Virus record (IMG/VR): IMGVR_UViG_3300029267_000655
Coordinates: 1 to 60,552 of that record
Source: a virus
Taxonomy: Duplodnaviria > Caudoviricetes
DNA: 60,552 bases
Direction: 5' to 3' (one strand)
Positions 8,233 through 17,920 of this stretch are shown here, in pieces. The notes below the pieces were generated by a model. That model was not told the origin of the DNA. It made no database searches and worked only from the letters and a program-made list of their open reading frames with translations. Position numbers and translations under genes: made by a program. Within the stretch, counting starts at the first letter, position 1. Each line of letters begins with the position of its first letter.

Positions 8233-8883
8233 TTAGAACTCGTAGCCGAATGTTGAAATAGTAGGTTCTTCTGCTTCGGCTACGAGCCTGACAGTCTCTG
8301 GGTCGTAGTAGTCTCTATAGCCTTTATGTTGCTCCTGTAGAGACCTAGACCCGTTCAACCACTTGAGGTGTAATTTCAAGTAGAGTAGATCAGCTAACCT
8401 ACGTACCTCACTCTCTAAGTCTTCAAACCTAAACACTAAATCAGAATGTAACCAGTAGGCTTCCTGGGTACTGGGATTCCTTTCTCTGTTAGAATTCCTC
8501 TTGCCTTCTGGTTCCGGTTCTAGACCTAACTTGACTCGAACGAACCTATCAAAAGTTAGTTCTGAGTTTGAATATCTATACCAGCTTACAAACCTATCCC
8601 AAGGGTTACGTACAAACGAGATTGAATAAACATTCTCCAACAGCTCTAGCGAGACACTACGGTAGTCTAGGTGCGGATTAAACTTGTTGTCTCTATGGTC
8701 TAAGTCCTCTTGGGGGTTGTAGGCTTTGGCTACGTAGAGCATAGAGTTGTAATGACCGCAGGAGATTAGAGCTTGTCTTACACTCGTTCCACCCGTCCTA
8801 GGTGTATGAACGAAAAGCAGCGTAGTAGTACCTCCAGGTAGCGGGTTGTCAGCTAATTGGGAACGGAAGTCAAATAAGATCAC
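8233..8883 (-). CDS. Sulfotransferase (family 2, carbohydrate sulfotransferase-like)
   Basis: PAPS-binding motifs FVHTPRTGGTSV and FVRNPWDRFVSWY; RFEDL; C-terminal FGYEF. Confidence 0.9.
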   Translation of the reverse strand: MILFDFRSQLADNPLPGGTTTLLFVHTPRTGGTSVRQALISCGHYNSMLYVAKAYNPQEDLDHRDNKFNPHLDYRSVSLELLENVYSISFVRNPWDRFVSWYRYSNSELTFDRFVRVKLGLEPEPEGKRNSNRERNPSTQEAYWLHSDLVFRFEDLESEVRRLADLLYLKLHLKWLNGSRSLQEQHKGYRDYYDPETVRLVAEAEEPTISTFGYEF

Positions 8884-8885
8884 GA

Positions 8886-9935
8886 CTAGGTTCCTGTACC
8901 TACGAGAACTGGAAGAGGTTGATCGCCGGTGACTAGGTTACAGAACTGAGACTGAATAAGTTCCGAAGACCAAGACATAGAGCTAGCCCAATTCAAAGCT
9001 TCATTCCTAGCTTGTTGTATGTCTTCCCCTAATAGGTCTAAGCAAGTATCAACCAAGTCGATAGGCGATACATTAACCCAATCCATAGTCCTCTTGATCT
9101 TGATAGAGTTCTTCGACGAGACAGGTAGCCTACGGATAGCGGGTAACTCATCCCAAGGCGAAGAATCAGGAGTGATCACCGGGATTCCGCAACACATAGC
9201 TTCAATCTGTTGTAGACCTAGACCGTCTACGTGATGCGGAGCTATTAGAACTTCGCTACGTCCTAGCGGGTGTCGGTATATCGAAGTAGACACGACATGA
9301 GAGCTGTCTACTTTGACTAGCGATTTGAGAGGGTTGTTAGGAGTCTGCGAAACAACTCTCAAAGGTAAGTCAGGCTCTATCTCTAGAGCTTTCATAACGA
9401 TGCTCAAACCCTTTCTGTCGTTCCACCCACCAGTACCATGAACGTACAGAAACGAGTTAACTACATCGGTTTGAAACTCTATAGGACTGAACTTAATAGT
9501 GTCCGTAGGCCAACCGAAGTAGACGCAGGGTAACCCTTCTTCACTGAGTCTTTCATAGCAGACACGAGTAGGACAGATAAACAAGTCGACGTAAGGAGTA
9601 AATCCCTGACCAGCATTAGGAGTCCACTCTAGCATAGGAACACAGACTACTCGTTTGCCTGCTACCTTAGCTCTCTGAGACAGACCCGGTACGTAATCGG
9701 TTTCACAAAACAGTAGGGTGTCTACTTCGTTTATGATCCTGTTGGCTGTTGCTACTCTGTTCCTAGGCACTACGAATGACTTACTGGCTAGGCTTAGATT
9801 CTCTCTTACCACTCCGTGCCTACCGTGTTCAATAACTGCCCAACTGTCGATAGGTATGTATGTCGCTATCTGTCGGTTGAGTTCTCCTAACCCAGTCGGA
9901 CTCGAATAGCCTACTAAGCCTATTCTGTTTCCCAT
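8886..9935 (-). CDS. Glycosyltransferase (GT4-like, GT-B fold)
   Basis: RKG motif; DGLGLQQIEAMCCGIPVIT. Confidence 0.85.
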   Translation of the reverse strand: MGNRIGLVGYSSPTGLGELNRQIATYIPIDSWAVIEHGRHGVVRENLSLASKSFVVPRNRVATANRIINEVDTLLFCETDYVPGLSQRAKVAGKRVVCVPMLEWTPNAGQGFTPYVDLFICPTRVCYERLSEEGLPCVYFGWPTDTIKFSPIEFQTDVVNSFLYVHGTGGWNDRKGLSIVMKALEIEPDLPLRVVSQTPNNPLKSLVKVDSSHVVSTSIYRHPLGRSEVLIAPHHVDGLGLQQIEAMCCGIPVITPDSSPWDELPAIRRLPVSSKNSIKIKRTMDWVNVSPIDLVDTCLDLLGEDIQQARNEALNWASSMSWSSELIQSQFCNLVTGDQPLPVLVGTGT

Positions 9936-11134
9936 TGTTTTCGCTCCTTGATAAGTTTCCTAGCGTCAAACGATTCCCCACGGAACGAAGGTGCCTGCTC
10001 GTGAGGACGGTTCTTCATGCTACTTACCCTACCGGTGTGTTGTACTAGAGAGGGTAAGTGGGCGTACTCCTTTAGTCCTGCTTTGTTAGCTGCTGTGACA
10101 ATACCGCCGTCTACACTCTTATGACCTTTATGTAAGTCTTGAGGACGGTTAATCATGTGAGGTTGGCTAAGTATCTTACATAGAACCTCTCTATTGAATA
10201 CCAACGCTACCGCACCTAGACCCCATTGAGGAGTCTTGAACCACCCCACGTAGTTACTCGTCGGAGCTGACTGTTGATATTCAGGAAACGTGTAGAGATT
10301 AAGGTAGCCGTCTTTTGGGTAGGGGAACGACTCTAAGTAGTGTTTAAGGAAAGGGTACGTAACGAAGTCATCTTGAAAGACTGCGTAGTAATGAGCTGTT
10401 GGACACCTAACGTATAACTCCCAAGCACTAGCAAACCACTTACCGAAAGTTCTTAGAGGTGGGTTGTGGTTAGTGTACTCCAGACCTAGCTTATCGTACG
10501 GTCTCAAGTCTTTAGCACCGTCTATGAATAACCTAGGTTGATCAAACCCGGCAGCAGCTAGGCTAGCTAGTGTCCTGGGAAGAAGGTCGTTGAGTCTGCT
10601 AGGGACCGTTGTAACCCCGTATGACCAGACTTTCTTATACTTGTTGGGCTTAGGATGTCCGGGTTTAGGCTTCTTGCTAGGCGGGTCTGATGCCCTCTCT
10701 TCAGGAGACGGTATGTAAGTTGGTTGACGGTCTTTACAGGTTAAACAGTCAGGATAGCCTTTGGTCTTATCGTAGGTAGAAGCTATCACGCACTCACCAT
10801 GTAGCTCACAAGAGTATGTTGGCTCTATGACGAAGTGATTTGGACAGCTCTTACAACGTACTGTACCTGTTGGTTCCTTAGACCTATGAACGCAAGGTAG
10901 TTTCTCTGCTCGTTGGCTAGTCCTGATTGCCTGAGTCTTAGTATTGGTTCTAGTTCTAGGTGTGAGTCGCATTAAGTCGGGGTCTGCCGTTACAGTCGCT
11001 CCGGCTTCTCCCATATCCCACGACTCGAATTGCCTAACGCTAGTCTGACACAACTTGACTTGAGCTGAGTTCTTCTGCATACCGTGACGCTCACAGTAGC
11101 CAGCCAACACGCATTCACACTGAGTCTTAGCCAC
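9920..11134 (-). CDS. Cys-rich N-terminal domain fused to a GT-A-fold glycosyltransferase
   Basis: GVTTVPSR...LPRTLASL, AVFQDD, PSLVQHTG; Cys clusters in the N-terminal third. Confidence 0.75.
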   Translation of the reverse strand: MAKTQCECVLAGYCERHGMQKNSAQVKLCQTSVRQFESWDMGEAGATVTADPDLMRLTPRTRTNTKTQAIRTSQRAEKLPCVHRSKEPTGTVRCKSCPNHFVIEPTYSCELHGECVIASTYDKTKGYPDCLTCKDRQPTYIPSPEERASDPPSKKPKPGHPKPNKYKKVWSYGVTTVPSRLNDLLPRTLASLAAAGFDQPRLFIDGAKDLRPYDKLGLEYTNHNPPLRTFGKWFASAWELYVRCPTAHYYAVFQDDFVTYPFLKHYLESFPYPKDGYLNLYTFPEYQQSAPTSNYVGWFKTPQWGLGAVALVFNREVLCKILSQPHMINRPQDLHKGHKSVDGGIVTAANKAGLKEYAHLPSLVQHTGRVSSMKNRPHEQAPSFRGESFDARKLIKERKQWETE

Positions 11135-11144
11135 GGGCCTACTC

Positions 11145-12500
11145 CTAGGCTGCGAGTTCGTTAACTACTATTCCGTATTGACCAACTGCCCCATCACAGC
11201 AGATTAGCTGAGTGACACTAGCGTAGGCATAAACAGGTTCGCAGGTCCACGTAAGGTTCGTACCTTGTCTACCGGCTTCTACCCAACCCGAATCACCGCT
11301 AGCACAGACTTCCCGAACCTCTAAGACCATCTCATAAGAAGCTTTACCTACATACTCACAATACAGTCTTAGACTGATCGTAACGTCTTCATCAGTACCC
11401 GGACCACACCCACTAGACGATACGCTACCTTCCCAACGGTTAGTACTAGAGTTGAAGCTAATCGTACTTGTCAAACCGTCGAAGCAGCTACAGTCGGACT
11501 CGTCGCTAAGAGTAAATTCTAACTCGGACGGCAACGGATCAGGACAACAAGAGATAGACGCAGAGAAACTACACTCACCACAACCAGCACAACCAGCAGT
11601 GATAGTGATTATGTCTCCACCGTCTTCTATGACTACGGTGATTCCTGAGTCGTTCGTTAGTCCTCTAACAGAACAGACACCGCCTTCTACTGTTTCTGAA
11701 AGAGGGCCGGTTGAGCCTGTGCCCGTAACCTCTATATCAAAGTCGGTAACACAGTCTCCGGCTGATCCTGTACCCGTACCTGTAGCGGGCCTAAGAGTGA
11801 CCGTAACGGTGATACTACGTCTGCTATCGACGTTGAATAGGTCGATGTCTACCGGCCCCCACACTACAGCACTATCGCCACAGCTAGTGATATCGACGTT
11901 TACCTGACCATCGTAGGTACTAGCTGTAGGCGGGTCTTCGAGCGAGACACTTATACATAACTTCTCGCACACACAGGAACAGTTACCACAGAAGTAGCTA
12001 CATCCGTTATCTCTGTAAGGCAACGTCCTGTAGAGTTGAGGACTTATACTAACGTCGGCTATGTCGCAGCTAGCGTTAGGCTGGCAGCTACTCTCTAGAC
12101 TTACGTCGGTCCAAGTGTAGTAAGGGTACTTACAGCCTACTCCGTTTGGGTCTGCTGGATCACTTTCAGGAGCGTACATCAAGACGCTAAGAGTGTTACC
12201 TGAGTTGAAGCAAGGACACCGTAGGTAAAACCTACATAGTCCGCCAGTACCTTCAGCAATGATCCAAGCATCAACAGCCTGATTAGCAAACGAACCTTCC
12301 CACTTACCGTTATTACAGTTGAAGGTTAGTGAGACGTTTGCTGTAGCTGTTGTGCAAGTTGTTCCTGTCCCTACTGCCGATGTCTTATAGTCAACAGCTA
12401 CACAAAGGACTCTAGGAACACACTTACAACAATCATGACAGCCTACGGTTAAGTGATTACACTTATCACAACAACAGGGGTTCTTAGGATTACTTACCAC
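11145..12500 (-). CDS. Cys-rich tail tip, fibre or receptor-binding protein
   Basis: Position after the tail genes; internal repeats (P..LC/EF.V...); GTG start at 12500 directly after the upstream stop. Confidence 0.6.
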   Translation of the reverse strand: MVSNPKNPCCCDKCNHLTVGCHDCCKCVPRVLCVAVDYKTSAVGTGTTCTTATANVSLTFNCNNGKWEGSFANQAVDAWIIAEGTGGLCRFYLRCPCFNSGNTLSVLMYAPESDPADPNGVGCKYPYYTWTDVSLESSCQPNASCDIADVSISPQLYRTLPYRDNGCSYFCGNCSCVCEKLCISVSLEDPPTASTYDGQVNVDITSCGDSAVVWGPVDIDLFNVDSRRSITVTVTLRPATGTGTGSAGDCVTDFDIEVTGTGSTGPLSETVEGGVCSVRGLTNDSGITVVIEDGGDIITITAGCAGCGECSFSASISCCPDPLPSELEFTLSDESDCSCFDGLTSTISFNSSTNRWEGSVSSSGCGPGTDEDVTISLRLYCEYVGKASYEMVLEVREVCASGDSGWVEAGRQGTNLTWTCEPVYAYASVTQLICCDGAVGQYGIVVNELAA

Positions 12501-12502
12501 AC

Positions 12503-13222
12503 CTACGTTCCTGTCCCAATAGTACAATCGTTCTTCAAGCAACAGATTTGATCGACTACCCACTCACAGTCACAGTCTGTTCCTGTTCCTACACACTTGT
12601 TGTCTCCTGTTCCCGTAGTTGGGTCAACCGGAGCCATATAGCTAGCCCAACCTTTACGCCCTAACAAGTCAGGATCAGGTTCGTTAAAGAAACAACCGTC
12701 TCTATCATAGATGGTAATCAGACCGTTGACTTCTCCTGGTACTGTAGTTACTCCGCAAGGTCTTTGAGTAACAGCACCAACAGCCCTTAATAGACTGCAA
12801 GTAGAGCTGACGATTGTGAACCTAACCCGATAGAACTGACTACCACCTACCAAAGCCAACCAAGTACCGAACTTGTCCCGTTGAACGGTTATGTATTGTT
12901 GACTGATGTCGGCTGTACTGGTGTTGTAGACGAGTCTAGAAAGTCCCGGCAGCTTGTTGAGTACCTTAACTCCGTTGCTCTCTATTACTCTATAAATGTC
13001 GCAGAGAGCTGAACCCGGAGTAGTACCGGACATAGCAGGAATACCGTCTGCTGTCTGAGGGTATGCTATGTAGGTTTCGGGAGATTGGTGGTCTTCGTTG
13101 ATACCTAGTGGGTCGATGCCGGTTCTGTTAGCTGGATTCTTATTGGAGTTGGTTAGAGTCTGAATCAGTCCTCTTAACAACTCAACTTCAGAATCGGTAA
13201 ACGTCCTAAGAGAGCCAGTCAT
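12503..13222 (-). CDS. Minor tail protein, Cys-rich C-terminus ending in GTGT
   Basis: Tail operon context. Confidence 0.55.
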   Translation of the reverse strand: MTGSLRTFTDSEVELLRGLIQTLTNSNKNPANRTGIDPLGINEDHQSPETYIAYPQTADGIPAMSGTTPGSALCDIYRVIESNGVKVLNKLPGLSRLVYNTSTADISQQYITVQRDKFGTWLALVGGSQFYRVRFTIVSSTCSLLRAVGAVTQRPCGVTTVPGEVNGLITIYDRDGCFFNEPDPDLLGRKGWASYMAPVDPTTGTGDNKCVGTGTDCDCEWVVDQICCLKNDCTIGTGT

Positions 13223-13231
13223 TGTCTTAAC

Positions 13232-13696
13232 CTAGTTGGGTATGGCGTAGAATTCAGCTCGACTGTTAGACGAAGACTTGACTATCAAGTGTTGGACGAT
13301 CACGGGACTAGGGCAGGTTAGAACAAAGAACTCGCCTGGAGCTATATCGTCTGAGATTTGTGTGGGTGTTTTGAGGTTAGTACCTAGCTGAATCGAATCT
13401 TTACCTGTATTGACTAACACTATAGCACTTAATCCTAGACCGTGTAGCCAAGAAGTACTAATCGAAGTCCAACCGCTATCTACTCTGAGTGACCTATAGT
13501 AAGTCTGCTCGTCGTGTTCTAGTTCCCTGCTGAAGTGCTCTCTGAGAGAAGTGGGTCTAGCTGATGGAGTGACGTGATAGAGCTGAAGTAGAACTGAAAG
13601 ACGTTTAGTGTTGGGTATGTCTTGCTGTGCCTGAAGTTTGAGATCAATTAATTTAGGATCAGTTTCTGGTACCGGTGTAGGTTGGTTGCTAGGCAT
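13232..13696 (-). CDS. Putative virion protein
   Basis: GGAGG RBS; tail operon context; beta-rich composition. Confidence 0.5.
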   Translation of the reverse strand: MPSNQPTPVPETDPKLIDLKLQAQQDIPNTKRLSVLLQLYHVTPSARPTSLREHFSRELEHDEQTYYRSLRVDSGWTSISTSWLHGLGLSAIVLVNTGKDSIQLGTNLKTPTQISDDIAPGEFFVLTCPSPVIVQHLIVKSSSNSRAEFYAIPN

Positions 13697-13727
13697 GGTC
13701 GCTCCTCCATTTGCTAGCTAGTAACGG

Positions 13728-14108
13728 TTAAGCCTCAAAACAACTGACCACAACCTTAACCGCTGCGGTGTTTGCTTTGAGTCTTAGTGATGTTGACGTG
13801 AAGTTCCTACTCAGTCTGATTGTGTAGTCTTCTCCTGCCTGAATCTCTCCTAACTCGTGAAACGTAGCTCCATCCCAGATTCCGTACTCAACGTAGTTAG
13901 TTGAGTCTAGATTTTTGATGTTACATAGACCCGGTGTAGTCAGTTCTGATAGGTCTACGTCGGTTCCTGCCGTAGCTACTGCGATTGCTCCCGGTGTAGG
14001 TCCGTTAGTTCCGCTAACGTCTGCCTGAAAGCTACCGGGTCTTGAGGCAAAGTCTATGTTGCCCTTCTTAATTGTGAGAGAGCTTCTGATAGTTGCTTCA
14101 TTAGCCAC
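13728..14108 (-). CDS. Putative virion protein
   Basis: Beta-rich, Ser/Thr/Gly-rich; tail operon context. Confidence 0.55.
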   Translation of the reverse strand: MANEATIRSSLTIKKGNIDFASRPGSFQADVSGTNGPTPGAIAVATAGTDVDLSELTTPGLCNIKNLDSTNYVEYGIWDGATFHELGEIQAGEDYTIRLSRNFTSTSLRLKANTAAVKVVVSCFEA

Positions 14109-14112
14109 AGTA

Positions 14113-15126
14113 TTAAGCCTCCAAGTCTGTAGGGATACCTAGTTGAGTTAGGTCAGCTTCTATGTACTTCTTAACTCTAATCGTAGCTACGTTGCCTGTT
14201 GTAAGTGCTCCACTACCCGTACCCGTACCCGTACCCGGTAGAGTACCATCTATAGGTTGACCAAACCCGTCTAGTAGACACCTAGCATTCTCACCGTTGC
14301 GGTCTTTGTAACGTGAGAAGTGGGATGGGTTGTTGTAGTCTGGAGTTGCACCGTCGATGTCTATTAAGACCCAGTGATTGATACCTCTAGCTATCTCTTC
14401 GTCAGTCGGCCAACGTCCATGTAGTGCTTTTGTTCCTTCGTCAACTATGTCTCTGTCAAACGTAGCATAGTTGATGTCAAAGTCGAAGACACGGGTGTAA
14501 TACGTGTAACAAGTTCCATAGTAGTGCTTAGCCCAACTGATGTTACTTAGCTTAACTCGTCTAGGTCCGAGACCCCATAGCGTAGAGTCATTGACATTAT
14601 TGTAGAGTTGAGACAGAAGACTGAGCTGTAAACTAGCTACGTTCTGCTCTATGTGTACCGTAGGTCTACCTGCATCGAACTCTACTTGTGGTCCCCTAAT
14701 AATCTCGTGCGATGATGTCTTAATTGGGTTGCCGTCTTTGTCCTCTACAGCTTCCTCTGAGAACTTGACAAACGTACCACTAACCGATTGAGGCTTGAGT
14801 AGTGGGTCGTCTATCTCGTCGTCTTGACATAGAGACTGAGGATTAGTACTGAAGTACCTATCAACGTACCAAGCTGTGGTTGGCTCGTCTTTAGAGATGA
14901 TAGGACGTACTGAAGCTCTACGGGTACAGAAAGCCCAAATATCTAAATCGTTACCGAAGTTCCAAACATCACCCGGAACAGGTAGACCGTTAGTATTTAC
15001 AACAGTGTTTGGACCGTCAGTGTATAACGAACTTACTTTGAAGGTGACTCTATAAACTCTTTGTCCTTCGTCATCCTGCTCTAGCGACCAGTGGTTAGGA
15101 CCGTTGCCGATTATTGCCGTAGCCAT
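14113..15126 (-). CDS. Distal tail or hub protein
   Basis: Immediately downstream of the tape measure gene. Confidence 0.6.
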   Translation of the reverse strand: MATAIIGNGPNHWSLEQDDEGQRVYRVTFKVSSLYTDGPNTVVNTNGLPVPGDVWNFGNDLDIWAFCTRRASVRPIISKDEPTTAWYVDRYFSTNPQSLCQDDEIDDPLLKPQSVSGTFVKFSEEAVEDKDGNPIKTSSHEIIRGPQVEFDAGRPTVHIEQNVASLQLSLLSQLYNNVNDSTLWGLGPRRVKLSNISWAKHYYGTCYTYYTRVFDFDINYATFDRDIVDEGTKALHGRWPTDEEIARGINHWVLIDIDGATPDYNNPSHFSRYKDRNGENARCLLDGFGQPIDGTLPGTGTGTGSGALTTGNVATIRVKKYIEADLTQLGIPTDLEA

Positions 15127-15129
15127 CTA

Positions 15130-17571
15130 TCAAAGTCCTGCTGGTTTTATGTCTAGTTTGAAGTTCTCTAGCTGCTCCTGACCAATCTCTACTAGCAGTT
15201 GAATACCGCTAGAGATTTCACGCCAAAGCTTCTCACCTTGTTCTTGTTTAGACGGTTGTTGTGTTTGTCTGGGATTAAGTTCAGGAATGCCTGACTGGTA
15301 GGCTTGTATCCGACTAAGAGACTCAGCACTACCGGCAGCAACACCTTGAATAACTTCTGGTGTAGCTCTGCCGACTTCTTGCGTAGCCTTATTAACTCCT
15401 TCATCTATACCCATACCAGCAGCTTGACCAGCCATCTGACCTATAGCGTTCAACTCTTCGGGTAGTTGTTCCTCAAGCTTAACTCCGTTCACCTTTAGAT
15501 TGAATTCAGGGAGTTTCTCAGTCTGTGCTACAAATCCCTGAAGAGGGGACTTTAGCTTGCCTGCGTCTCTCTTCAGTATGTTGCCGACTCTCTCTAGGAA
15601 ACCTTCGCCTAGGTCTTCTGCCGGTTTCTCCTCTGCTTTCTGTTTCGCTACCTCTTGCTCAAAGACCTTGACTGAATTCTTAATCGTATCAACACCGATA
15701 GCCTGTCCGGTCAGTCCTTTCTTTAGTAGGTCGGCAGCTTTACCCGCAAACTCTCCAACAAGTTCTAAAGCTCTCTTTAGACCTTCACCAGTCCACTTTA
15801 AGAACTCAACACTGAACACCCACTTAACAGCAGACCCAACAGCCTTAGCCCACTCCCACCACACTTCTAGCATTGTACCTAGGATGACTCCTAGGTTGTG
15901 GTTCATGTTGTTGTGGAATGTTATGAACGCATTGACTATATCTTTGAGGACGTTTAGCCAGTTATTCTTCATCCACTCCGTAAGCATACCCATGTTCTCT
16001 CTAAAGTTCATAACGAACCCTAGGGCACGAGTAGCGAACTCCTTGACTGCCTGAAGTGCTCTATCCCAGCCTACTGTCATATCAACTAGGACGTAGACTA
16101 GGCCAGCTACAGCCGCAGTAATTAGACCAATAGGACTTAGAAGAGCCGATAACAGACCTAGGACGGTACCTAACGCACTGGCAAGAGTACCTAGGACAAC
16201 TAGCAAAGGACCGATACCGGCGACTACAGCAGCTACCAGTAGGATCGTACGTTGAAGCTCAGGGCTTAGTTGTCTCCAGTACTTAATACCCTGAGACAGA
16301 TATGAAGACAGCTTGCCGATCATAGGAGCTAGAGTCTCACCGATCTCTATAGCTGCTACGTTGATTTGGTTCTTTAAAATCCCCATCTGATTGCTGAAAG
16401 ACTTCATCTGCTTGTCGGCAACTTCTTCTGTGATGCCCTTAGCGTTTCTTAGCTCTGTCTCGTATCTGCGGATTGCATCTGAAGTACCTAGCAGGGGTAA
16501 AATGGCTGCCTGAACTTCTGCTGTGAAACCTAGTTGGGTTAGAGTAACTGATTTGAGTTCGTCACTCATCCCGTTAGTTACTTGCTCTATGTTGGCGATT
16601 ATGTCCGCCATGTTTCTCATCTTCCCTGTGCTATCAAATACAGAGAATCCGAGTTCTTTATGTGCCTTAGCGTTGTCGCTAGCTGCCTTACTGAGAAGAA
16701 GCATAACGCGCGCTAGGTTAGAACCTGCTACGTTACCCTTGATACCTTGATCAGCGTAAGCAGCTAAGACGGCAACACCTTCTTCAACCGTCTTATTGTA
16801 AGACTTTAGAGCAGCACCGCCACGATTCGTTATTGCTTCAGAGAACTGTTGTACTGATGCATTAGCTAGAGTATTGGCTTTGACTAGTACATCACCGACT
16901 CTAGCTAGATTCTCTGTGTCTTGAGTCAAGTCTTTGCTAGTCATACCTAACGCAGACTGAGCGTCGGTAAGTAAGTCTGTAGCTAGTGCCATATCAAACG
17001 CACCGGCAGTAGCAAACTTACTGACCTTAGGCAACAGAGCCATAGACTGTTCTGCGTCTTTACCCGCACTAGCTAGGAAGAAGTATGACTCAGCTAGGTC
17101 TGTTGGTCCTTGTTGTAGTTCTCCTCCAGCCGAAAGGTTAAGAGCAGCTTTCCTCATTCTATCGGTCTGCTCAGCAGTCACAGCCATGATAGACGTGGAC
17201 TCAGTCATCGCCTGATCAAAGCTAGCGAATGACTTAACAGCTACCCCACCGGCAGCTATAGCAGGCAGAGTTAGAGCGACAGATAGACTCTTACCCGCTG
17301 TTCTAGCTGCCGTACCAGCTCCTCGTAGACTCGTAGCTAATGAACCGACTAAGACCTTAGACTTAGCCAAGACTCCATTAGCCATAGACAACTCAGCTCT
17401 CAGCTTCTTAGACCCAGACAAGAATCTACCTTGAGAGTCTCGAAGCTTACCGTCTACGTCTCTAGCGAATCGTTGAGTAGCTTTCGATGACTCATCAAGA
17501 GTCTTCTTGTAGCCTGAGTTCTCTCCGGTCAGTCTTACGACTAGATTCTCAACTTCGTGTTCACTAGCCAT
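15130..17571 (-). CDS. Tail tape measure protein (TP901-like core)
   Basis: Ala/Leu helical protein; KSFASFDQAM...LAESYFFLASAG...DVLVKANTLANASVQQFSEA; hydrophobic AGIGPLL segment. Confidence 0.92.
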   Translation of the reverse strand: MASEHEVENLVVRLTGENSGYKKTLDESSKATQRFARDVDGKLRDSQGRFLSGSKKLRAELSMANGVLAKSKVLVGSLATSLRGAGTAARTAGKSLSVALTLPAIAAGGVAVKSFASFDQAMTESTSIMAVTAEQTDRMRKAALNLSAGGELQQGPTDLAESYFFLASAGKDAEQSMALLPKVSKFATAGAFDMALATDLLTDAQSALGMTSKDLTQDTENLARVGDVLVKANTLANASVQQFSEAITNRGGAALKSYNKTVEEGVAVLAAYADQGIKGNVAGSNLARVMLLLSKAASDNAKAHKELGFSVFDSTGKMRNMADIIANIEQVTNGMSDELKSVTLTQLGFTAEVQAAILPLLGTSDAIRRYETELRNAKGITEEVADKQMKSFSNQMGILKNQINVAAIEIGETLAPMIGKLSSYLSQGIKYWRQLSPELQRTILLVAAVVAGIGPLLVVLGTLASALGTVLGLLSALLSPIGLITAAVAGLVYVLVDMTVGWDRALQAVKEFATRALGFVMNFRENMGMLTEWMKNNWLNVLKDIVNAFITFHNNMNHNLGVILGTMLEVWWEWAKAVGSAVKWVFSVEFLKWTGEGLKRALELVGEFAGKAADLLKKGLTGQAIGVDTIKNSVKVFEQEVAKQKAEEKPAEDLGEGFLERVGNILKRDAGKLKSPLQGFVAQTEKLPEFNLKVNGVKLEEQLPEELNAIGQMAGQAAGMGIDEGVNKATQEVGRATPEVIQGVAAGSAESLSRIQAYQSGIPELNPRQTQQPSKQEQGEKLWREISSGIQLLVEIGQEQLENFKLDIKPAGL

Positions 17572-17920
17572 AGTCTTTACTGCCTTTCATACCTAAGAAA
17601 GAAAACCACCTAGCCCTACTGAGCTTAGTGGCTTCGTCTTTGTCTCGTTGAGTCTTAGGTTTGGTCTTCTTCCTAGTGAACCTTATTCGGAAGTCTCGAA
17701 GCTTAATTGACTTCTTGTTTCTAGATAGGACTCGTCGGACTTCTTGAGCTATCTGCATCAGGTAATACTGGTCAGGAGTTGTCCGGTCTTGGTCTTGTTC
17801 TAACCACACCATCCATAGTCGGTATTCTCTATGAGTTACTTCCTTGAGAACTCTAGCTAGAGGCATTCTGAGATGGGTGGCTAGAACAAACCAACCGTCT
17901 AACTCCTTTACTCGTTTCCC
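17564..17920 (-). CDS. Tail assembly chaperone, C-terminal part reached by -1 frameshift (gpGT-like)
   Basis: The -1 frame is open from the slippery site into track ORF 17564..17866. Confidence 0.8.
   Translation of the reverse strand, partial: GKRVKELDGWFVLATHLRMPLARVLKEVTHREYRLWMVWLEQDQDRTTPDQYYLMQIAQEVRRVLSRNKKSIKLRDFRIRFTRKKTKPKTQRDKDEATKLSRARWFSFLGMKGSKDYG

Noticed and set aside
7318-11134. Glycosyltransferases acting as T4-like DNA glucosyltransferases
   Set aside because: They lie in the late structural operon about 30 kb from the modification genes and resemble surface-glycan enzymes. Considered less likely, not excluded.
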